This document shows positions 57,954 through 64,000 of a stretch of DNA of 64,000 nt, piece by piece (position 1 is the stretch's first letter; every line of letters starts with the position of its first letter). The stretch is from an uncultured Microthrixaceae bacterium (lineage in GTDB: Bacteria > Actinomycetota > Acidimicrobiia > Acidimicrobiales > DATDAH01). The DNA lies in contig CAZYPY010000004.1 in NCBI GenBank assembly GCA_964649545.1, positions 12,438-76,437 of the forward strand. The letters run 5' to 3'. The translations under genes and the position numbers were made by a program. Below the pieces are notes generated by a model. It ran no database searches. It had not been told where the DNA came from and saw only the letters and a program-made list of their open reading frames with translations.

Positions 57954-58539
57954 CGTGGTCGCCCCCGCCGATGGCGAGCACCTGCTCGACCTCGCCGAGG
58001 TCGCCGTCGACACGGCCCTCGCCGGCCGTCGCCCGCGGCTGCCCCGCCTGTCAACCGTGCCCCCGGCCCTGCGCGACCCCGGCGACGCCTTCGTCACCCT
58101 CCACGTGGCCGGTGCACTCAACGGCTGCATCGGGTCGCTCGACGGCGACGAGCCCCTGGCCCACGCCGTGGGTCGCCTCGCCGTCGCCGCCGCGTTCCAC
58201 GATCCCCGCCTCCCGGCGCTCCGGCCGGCCGATCGGGCCGCGCTGTCGGTCGAGATCTCCCTCCTCTCACCGAGGGCCCCGATCGAGGCGAGCGACCAGG
58301 AGGAGCTCGCGGCTGCCCTGCGGCCGGGCGAGGACGGGGTGGTGGTCCAGGTCGGGCACCGACGCGGGCTGTTCCTGCCCGACGTCTGGGCGCAGCTCCC
58401 CCACCCGATCGACTTCCTCACCCACCTCTGGCGCAAGGCCGGCCTGCGACCGGGCAGCTGGCCGTCCGGCCTCGAGGCCTCCCGCTTCGTCACGCAGCGG
58501 TTCGAGCGCGGGTCCCGACCGACTCAGGCCGCGGGCTGA
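57931..58539 (+). CDS. amrA: AmmeMemoRadiSam system protein A (AMMECR1 domain)
   Basis: ATG 57931 (23-nt overlap with amrB) or GTG 57955, in frame of ORF 57541..58539. GAFVTL-type motif DAFVTLHVAGALNGCIGS, DPRLP, RGLFLPDVW. Confidence 0.85.
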   Translation: MAPSPSPDVVAPADGEHLLDLAEVAVDTALAGRRPRLPRLSTVPPALRDPGDAFVTLHVAGALNGCIGSLDGDEPLAHAVGRLAVAAAFHDPRLPALRPADRAALSVEISLLSPRAPIEASDQEELAAALRPGEDGVVVQVGHRRGLFLPDVWAQLPHPIDFLTHLWRKAGLRPGSWPSGLEASRFVTQRFERGSRPTQAAG

Positions 58540-58559
58540 CCGCCGCCGACGTCCGACGA

Positions 58560-60407
58560 TCAGCGCCGGCGCCGCAGGGCCTCCGTGAGCTGCGGGAGGA
58601 CGTCGGCCACCTCGCCCACGACGCCGTAGTGCGCGAAGCGGAACAGGTACGCGTCCGGGTCCCGGTTCACCGCGACGACCGTCCGCGCCGAGCGCATGCC
58701 GACCAGGTGCTGGAGCGCGCCCGACACGCCGCAGCCGATGTAGAGCCGGGGGTGCACCGTCGTGCCGGTCTGGCCCACCTGGCGTGACCGCGGGGCGAGA
58801 CCGGCCTCGACCGCGGCCCGGGTCGCGGCCACGGCGCCGCCCACCGCCGAGGCGAGGTCCTCGACCAGCGACCAGGACGATGCGTCGCAGCCGGCGCCGC
58901 CCGCCACGATCACGTCCGCGTCGGCCAGGTGGGTGTCGCCCACGTCGACGCGGCGATCGAGCACCTCGACCACGAGGTCGGCCGGCTCGAACCGCACCGC
59001 GAGGTCCACGAACCGGCTGCGGCACGGTCGGAGCCGCGGCGCGAACACGCCCGGCCGCACCGTCGCGATCTGCGGGCGCGCCTCCGGCGCGAGGCACGTG
59101 GCGAGCACCCCGCCACCCATGGCGGGGCGGATCTGGTGGAGGAGGGCCTCGTAGCGGCGGTGGTGGCGTTCCCACGGCGCGACCGCGAGGTCGGTGCAGT
59201 CGGCCGCGAGCCCGGCGTCGAGCTCGGCCGCCACCCGGGGCGCCAGGTCGCGCCCCGTGGTCGTGGCCCCGAAGAGCACGGCGACGGGCCGGTGGGCGCG
59301 GACCGCGTCCACGACGACCCGGGTGTGCGGCTGGCACCGGTAGGGGGAGAGCGGGGGGTCGGCGGCGCAATAGACGACGTCGGCCCCGTGGGCGGCGGCG
59401 GCCTCGGCGGCCCGCCCGGGATCGTCGGCGACGACCACCGCACCGACGCCGCCACCCAGGCCGGGCGCGAGGTCGACGGCCTGCGAGATCAGCTCGGCCG
59501 ACACCTCGGCGAGGTCGCCGTCGACCAGCTCCGCGACGACCCACAACGCCGGCTCGCCGTCGAGGGGGTCACCGGGCGGCGGGGGCTCACGCGGGTCCTC
59601 GGCGGTTCGGTGACCGGGTTCGAGCGCCCCCAGCGTGCGCAGCTCGTCGACGAGGTCGTCGAGGTCGAACCCGTCGCCCACCATCCGGCACGTGTGGTCC
59701 GGCAGCGGGGCGGGCTCGACGTGCGCGACCTTCGTCGGCGACGCCTGGAGCCCGACGCGGTCGGTACCGAGGCCCAGGTCGGCCGCGGTCAAGCGCTCGA
59801 CGGCGGCTCGCTCGGCCCGACGGCGCCCCGGCAGCGTGGGATAGCGGGGCAGGAAGCCCGTCTCCGCGACGGTGCACAACGCCGGCAACGGCAGGGCGAG
59901 GCGCTCGTAGCCGCCCTCGACGATCCGCCGGGCGATCAGCCGCCCCCCGTCGAGCTCGAGGCCGTCGCACCCCGTGGCCTGCGGGAGCCCGAGGCGCTGG
60001 GCCACCTCGGGGCCCACCTGGCCGGTCTCGCCGTCGATGGCGGTGAGGCCGGCGAGCACGAGGTCGGCGCCGCCGAGCGACGTCACTGCGGCGGCCAACG
60101 CGTTGGCCGTCGCCCAAGTGTCCGACCCGGCGAAGGCCCGGTCGCACAGCAGCACCCCCCGATCGGCGCCGCGTGCGATCGCGTCCCGCAGCACCTCCTC
60201 CGCCCGCGGCGGCCCCATGCTCACCGCCCACACCTCGTCGCCCAGCTGCAGGGCAGCCTCCAGGGCGTGCAGGTCGGCGGGGTTGGTCACGGCCGGCGCC
60301 TGGGCCCGTTCGATGGTGCCGTCGGCCGACATCCCCACGGCCGCCGAGCGCAGGTCGGGCACCTGCTTGACGAGGACGACGACCCGCACGCGGTCATGTT
60401 CGCCCAT
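58560..60407 (-). CDS. Fused electron transfer flavoprotein beta-alpha (EtfB-EtfA) protein
   Basis: ORF 58560..60599 trimmed to ATG 60407 (MGEHDRVRVVVLVKQVPD). N-terminal ~250 aa EtfB-like (VKQVPD, NPADLHALEAAL, IDGETGQVGPEVA). A Pro/Asp-rich linker, then an EtfA-like part (ELISQA, GRDLAPRVAA, IVAGGAG, RSRQVGQTGTTVHPRLYIGCGVSGALQH). One uninterrupted frame. Confidence 0.85.
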   Translation of the reverse strand: MGEHDRVRVVVLVKQVPDLRSAAVGMSADGTIERAQAPAVTNPADLHALEAALQLGDEVWAVSMGPPRAEEVLRDAIARGADRGVLLCDRAFAGSDTWATANALAAAVTSLGGADLVLAGLTAIDGETGQVGPEVAQRLGLPQATGCDGLELDGGRLIARRIVEGGYERLALPLPALCTVAETGFLPRYPTLPGRRRAERAAVERLTAADLGLGTDRVGLQASPTKVAHVEPAPLPDHTCRMVGDGFDLDDLVDELRTLGALEPGHRTAEDPREPPPPGDPLDGEPALWVVAELVDGDLAEVSAELISQAVDLAPGLGGGVGAVVVADDPGRAAEAAAAHGADVVYCAADPPLSPYRCQPHTRVVVDAVRAHRPVAVLFGATTTGRDLAPRVAAELDAGLAADCTDLAVAPWERHHRRYEALLHQIRPAMGGGVLATCLAPEARPQIATVRPGVFAPRLRPCRSRFVDLAVRFEPADLVVEVLDRRVDVGDTHLADADVIVAGGAGCDASSWSLVEDLASAVGGAVAATRAAVEAGLAPRSRQVGQTGTTVHPRLYIGCGVSGALQHLVGMRSARTVVAVNRDPDAYLFRFAHYGVVGEVADVLPQLTEALRRRR

Positions 60408-60501
60408 CGGACGGCCGCCCAGGCAGGGCCCAAGGCCACATCCTCCGTCGTCACCTCGTGCCACGGGCCGTGGACCCGCAGCACTGCCCGGTCCAGGGCC
60501 G

Positions 60502-60543
60502 ATGGTCACCAGCGTGCACCCCGACCTGCGGCCAAGTGACCAT
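60502..60543. repeat. 8-bp inverted repeat ATGGTCAC-N26-GTGACCAT in the divergent promoter region
   Basis: Read directly. Located 42-83 nt upstream of the lipoprotein gene start at 60585. Confidence 0.3.
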
Positions 60544-60584
60544 CGCCTCTGGCCAGCCCGGCGCGCCGGCGCGAAACGACAGGC

Positions 60585-61613
60585 ATGCGGACACCCCACC
60601 GATCGCCGAGCGCTCGTCCTCGGCGGGTCGCACTGCTGATCGCCGCGCTGGCGCTGCTCGCCGCCGGCTGCGGCGACGACCCACCGACGACCACCACGAC
60701 CACCGCCGAGTCGACGACGACCTCGACCGCGTCGGCCACCACGACCACCGCCGCCGGCGACGAGCGCTTCGCCTTCGGCGTCGACCTGTCAGGGGTCGCC
60801 CTCCCCGCGGGCGAGGCCTACGAGACCTACGTGCTCGTCGAGGACGACACCGAGCAGGTCGAGGCCGAGGTGCCGACCGACTGGGACGACCTCGACACCC
60901 GCCCCGCCGAGCGCAACGGTCGCGAGGTGCCGGGGATCTGGGCCTCGACCGACCTCGACGCCCTCGTCGAGGGATACACCGTGCCCGGGGTCCAGCTCGA
61001 CCTCCGCACCGCCCGGTCGACCGATCGGCTCCTGGGGCTGCTCGCCGACGACAACGCCACCACCGCCAACTGTGCCGGCCCCGAGGCGTTCGACTACGAC
61101 GACGGCCTCTACGTCGGCGCCGCCGAGCTCTGGACCGACTGCGGCGCCGCCGGCGCCGCGCTCCTCCACCTCGCCGCGTTGCGCGGCGGCGACCAGTACG
61201 TGACCGCCGAGGTCCAGATGGTGACCGACCCCGACGTCGACGCCGCCGTGCGGATCCTCGAGACCTTCCGGGCCGTCGCCGTCGACGGCGGAGGGCCCGA
61301 GGACGGCGCCCCCGACGGGGGCGGTGAGGACGTGAGCGCCTCGGTAGGCGAGCGGTTCACCCTCTCGGTCGAGGCGAACCCCTCCGTCGGGGACGGCTGG
61401 CAGGTCGCCGACACCTTCGACGATGCGGTCGTCTCGTTCGTCGGGGAGGAGTTCGAGTCGGACGATCCGACCGGCCAGGCGGTCGGTGCGGGCGGCACCG
61501 TCGTGTTCACCTTCGAGGCGGTCGGGGCGGGCACCACCGTGATCACGCTCGAGAACCACTTCCGCGGCGGCGACGTCACCGAGACCGCCGAGTACGAGGT
61601 GGCGGTCGGCTAG
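60585..61613 (+). CDS. Lipoprotein with a Thr-rich linker, an unknown N-terminal domain and a C-terminal chagasin/ICP (I42)-like protease-inhibitor domain
   Basis: 342 aa. Lipobox LLAAGCGDD, poly-Thr linker. C-terminal ~110 aa carry ANPSVGDGW (NPTTG-W-like) and GAGGTVVFTFEAVGAGT (GxGG-like) motifs. Confidence 0.7.
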   Translation: MRTPHRSPSARPRRVALLIAALALLAAGCGDDPPTTTTTTAESTTTSTASATTTTAAGDERFAFGVDLSGVALPAGEAYETYVLVEDDTEQVEAEVPTDWDDLDTRPAERNGREVPGIWASTDLDALVEGYTVPGVQLDLRTARSTDRLLGLLADDNATTANCAGPEAFDYDDGLYVGAAELWTDCGAAGAALLHLAALRGGDQYVTAEVQMVTDPDVDAAVRILETFRAVAVDGGGPEDGAPDGGGEDVSASVGERFTLSVEANPSVGDGWQVADTFDDAVVSFVGEEFESDDPTGQAVGAGGTVVFTFEAVGAGTTVITLENHFRGGDVTETAEYEVAVG

Positions 61614-63307
61614 GGCGCCATCTCGTACGCGCCGGACAGCGCCAGGACGTGGTCCTGCCAGACCCGCTCGTAGCGCTCGACGTCCACCACCGGCTTGGCG
61701 ATCATGGCCAGGCAGCGGTCCTGCTGGGCCTCGGTGGTGCTGGCCTTGCCGTGGAGCTGGACCGCGAACCGTGAGACGTCTCGGACGAACACGTCGAAGA
61801 TCTGGTCGACGACGTCGTCCTCGATGCCGTAGATCGCCGCGTTCTCGAGCACGAGCTGCGCATACACCACGAGGGTGAAGATCTCGCCCACCGCGAGGAG
61901 CACGTCGATGTCCCGGGACTGGGCCTCGTCGAGCGGCGCGTCCTGCAGGAGTCGCACGAGGCCCTCGGCCTGCTCTCGGAACACCCGCACGTTGGGCAGG
62001 TCCACGCCGTCGAACGCGGCTCGCCAGTCGCCGAAGCGCACCCGGGACAGCCCCCCGGTGGGACCCTGGTCGAACAGGAAGTCGTCGTTGGCGGCGTCGG
62101 CGCGCTGCGGCACCTCGGGCACGTCCGCGGGCTCGCCGAAGTAGTTGGCCATGAACTTCACGATGAGCGAGATGTTCACGTGGACCGTGCCCTCGAGCTT
62201 GGGCAGGGCCCGGATGTCACGGGCCGCGCTCTCGAAGTACATGTCCTTCTCGAAGCCCTTCGCGGCGATGACGTCCCACAGGTGGTTGATCACGTCCTCG
62301 CCCTGGGTGGTGACCTTCATCTTCACGACCGGGTTGAACAGCAGGTAGCGGCGGTCGTCGAGCGACGCCGAGCGGAAGTAGTCGGCCGCCCGCAGCGCCA
62401 CCAGCTTCATGGCCACGAGACGGCAGTAGGCGTCGGTGAAGAGCTGGCGGACGTGGGGGAAGTCGGTGACCGGGTGCCCGTAGAGAATGCGGTTGTGGGC
62501 GTGGGTGACCGCCTCGTACATGGCGTGGGTGCAGATCCCGATCGACGCCCAGCCCAGGTTGTACTTGCCGATGTTCACGGTGTTGAGGCCGGCGTTCCAG
62601 GCGTCGCCGCCCACGGCGATGATGTCGTCCTCGGTGACCGGGTAGTCGTGCAGCCGGAACTCGGACACGTAGTTCTGGCTGTGCACGACGTTCTTCACGA
62701 GCTCGTAGGCCTCGTGCTGCGAGCGGACCGCGAAGGCCACGGGGTTGCCGTCGGGCAGCTTGCCGAACACCGACACGAGCGCCGCCTGGTTGCCGTTGCC
62801 GATGTAGTACTTCGAGCCGTTGGCGCGGTAGGTGCCGTCGTCCTGGGGCTCGAGGACCATGTCGGTGGAGTACAGGTCGGCGCCGTGGTCCTTCTCGGAG
62901 AGGCCGAAGGCGAAGATGCCGCCGTCGGCGAGGAGCGCCGCGGTGCGCTCGCGCAGGCCCTCGTTCTTCGACATCCACAGTGGCCCGAGCCCGAGCACCG
63001 TGACCTGCCACGTGTACCAGTACTGGAGGCCGTAGAAGCCCAGGATCTCGGCGAACTCGCAGATGCGCCAGGTGTCCCAGCGGCTGTCCTCGGCGCCGAG
63101 CCCCGCCGGCGTGCACATCGTGGCGAAGATCCCCTCGGCGGCCTGGAAGTCGAGGAAGTCCTTGTACCAGACCGCGGCGTGGTCGTCGGCCTTGAGACGG
63201 GCCTTGCCCCGCGCCTCGAACCACGCGACCGTCTTGGCCATCACCTCCCGCGACCGCTCGTCGGGATAGGGCCGGTCGAGCCGGCCGGGGTGCAGGAGGA
63301 TGCTCAT
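61610..63307 (-). CDS. Acyl-CoA dehydrogenase family protein (long form)
   Basis: ATG 63307 (MSILLHPGRLD) within ORF 61610..63409. LSEKDHGADL, KYYIGNGN. Helical C-terminal extension. Confidence 0.85.
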   Translation of the reverse strand: MSILLHPGRLDRPYPDERSREVMAKTVAWFEARGKARLKADDHAAVWYKDFLDFQAAEGIFATMCTPAGLGAEDSRWDTWRICEFAEILGFYGLQYWYTWQVTVLGLGPLWMSKNEGLRERTAALLADGGIFAFGLSEKDHGADLYSTDMVLEPQDDGTYRANGSKYYIGNGNQAALVSVFGKLPDGNPVAFAVRSQHEAYELVKNVVHSQNYVSEFRLHDYPVTEDDIIAVGGDAWNAGLNTVNIGKYNLGWASIGICTHAMYEAVTHAHNRILYGHPVTDFPHVRQLFTDAYCRLVAMKLVALRAADYFRSASLDDRRYLLFNPVVKMKVTTQGEDVINHLWDVIAAKGFEKDMYFESAARDIRALPKLEGTVHVNISLIVKFMANYFGEPADVPEVPQRADAANDDFLFDQGPTGGLSRVRFGDWRAAFDGVDLPNVRVFREQAEGLVRLLQDAPLDEAQSRDIDVLLAVGEIFTLVVYAQLVLENAAIYGIEDDVVDQIFDVFVRDVSRFAVQLHGKASTTEAQQDRCLAMIAKPVVDVERYERVWQDHVLALSGAYEMAP

Positions 63308-63407
63308 CGGGGTTCCGCCTTGGGATCGTCGCCTGAGGCCTCTGGGGCGCCCCGACGGTAGCCCTGGCAACGCGGGCACGCCGCCGGTGGCCGAGTGAGA
63401 ATACGAC

Positions 63408-64000
63408 ATGCCCGAGTCCCAGAGTCGCTATGCGACCACTGCGGATGGCGCCTACATCGCCTATGAGGTGAGCGGCGCCGGCCCCCCCGACCTGCTCGTG
63501 CTCTTCGGACCGGGGCTCAGCGTCGAGGACCAGTCCGCCGGCCGGCTCACCGGCCGCTTCATCGATCGGCTGGCCCGCTTCGCTCGCGTCATAAGGGTGG
63601 ACCGGAGGGGCTACGGCCTCTCCGATCCCGTCCCGACGATCGACGCCACCTCGTGGGAATTCTGGGTGGACGACCTCGTGACCGTTCTCGATGCCGTCGG
63701 CACCGACCGAGCCGCGGTCTTCGGCGCCGAATCCAGCACGGGCATCGTGAGCATGCTGCTCACCGCCGCGCACCCGAATCGCGTCTCCCACCTCGTCATG
63801 TACAACCCCGCAGCACGCTGGATGAGAAGTGACGACTACCCGTGGGGCTTCACCGAGGCAGAGGCCACTGCCTTCGTCGACCAGACCGTCCGTTCATGGA
63901 TCGACGACGAGCGGCCTCCCGTGCCTGCGCCGAGCCTGGCCGACGACGACGATTTCTGGTCCTGGCTCAAGGCCGCCCGTAGACGCGGCATGAGCCCCTC
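63408..64000 (+). CDS. Alpha/beta hydrolase (3' end outside the window)
   Basis: Not in the ORF track (no stop in window). My translation from ATG 63408 reads MPESQSRYATTADGAYIAYEVSGAGPPDLLVLFGPG...VDRRGYGLSDP...VFGAESSTGIVSMLLTAAHPNRVSHLVMYNP. Confidence 0.75.
   Translation, partial: MPESQSRYATTADGAYIAYEVSGAGPPDLLVLFGPGLSVEDQSAGRLTGRFIDRLARFARVIRVDRRGYGLSDPVPTIDATSWEFWVDDLVTVLDAVGTDRAAVFGAESSTGIVSMLLTAAHPNRVSHLVMYNPAARWMRSDDYPWGFTEAEATAFVDQTVRSWIDDERPPVPAPSLADDDDFWSWLKAARRRGMSP

Noticed and set aside
60408-60599. 64-aa N-terminal extension of the fused ETF ORF (similar extensions occur at 16004..16345, 6500..6805, 33651..33887 and 45530..46087)
   Set aside because: The extensions lack family similarity and have poor composition. 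The internal starts match conserved N-termini (MGEHDRVRVVVLVKQVPD and others) and/or have SD sequences.

Overview
Very GC-rich window (roughly 70% or more by eye, with strong GC3 codon bias), typical of an Actinomycetota chromosome. It is densely packed with about 58 protein-coding genes on both strands. I found no rRNA, tRNA, CRISPR array, transposase or integrase. Because stop codons are rare, every real gene is shadowed by long Arg/Gly/Pro-rich ORFs on the opposite strand or in other frames; I rejected these. Starts were chosen from motifs, RBS and start/stop overlaps, so many ORF-track N-termini are trimmed. Gene blocks from left to right: (1) a partial AsrA-like 4Fe-4S protein; (2) a MacB-type ABC pair, a Pro-rich membrane protein and a degenerate Ser/Thr kinase; (3) TetR, fatty-acid-hydroxylase-like, carotenoid-cleavage oxygenase and thiolase genes; (4) CHAD, a GNAT plus ADP-forming acyl-CoA synthetase (Pat-type), saccharopine dehydrogenase-like and cupin genes; (5) a SARP regulator with an 11-nt periodic repeat array, and a secreted repeat protein; (6) carbonic anhydrase and a phosphoesterase; (7) a complete hypEFCDAB maturation operon with no hydrogenase structural genes; (8) lipid genes (PlsC-like, PLD-like); (9) an OYE/FadH-like reductase; (10) a sugar ABC operon; (11) DUF4032, then two circularly permuted ATP-grasp/alpha-E modules and one transglutaminase; (12) assorted redox and hydrolase genes; (13) an AAA+ ATPase; (14) the three-gene AmmeMemoRadiSam system; (15) a fused EtfB-EtfA; (16) a chagasin-like lipoprotein; (17) an acyl-CoA dehydrogenase. 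The best candidates for undescribed biology are the ATP-grasp/alpha-E/transglutaminase locus, the AmmeMemoRadiSam locus and its neighbours, the SARP repeat array, the predicted pseudokinase pair and the fused ETF. All family names come from reading motifs and from memory. No database search was run.
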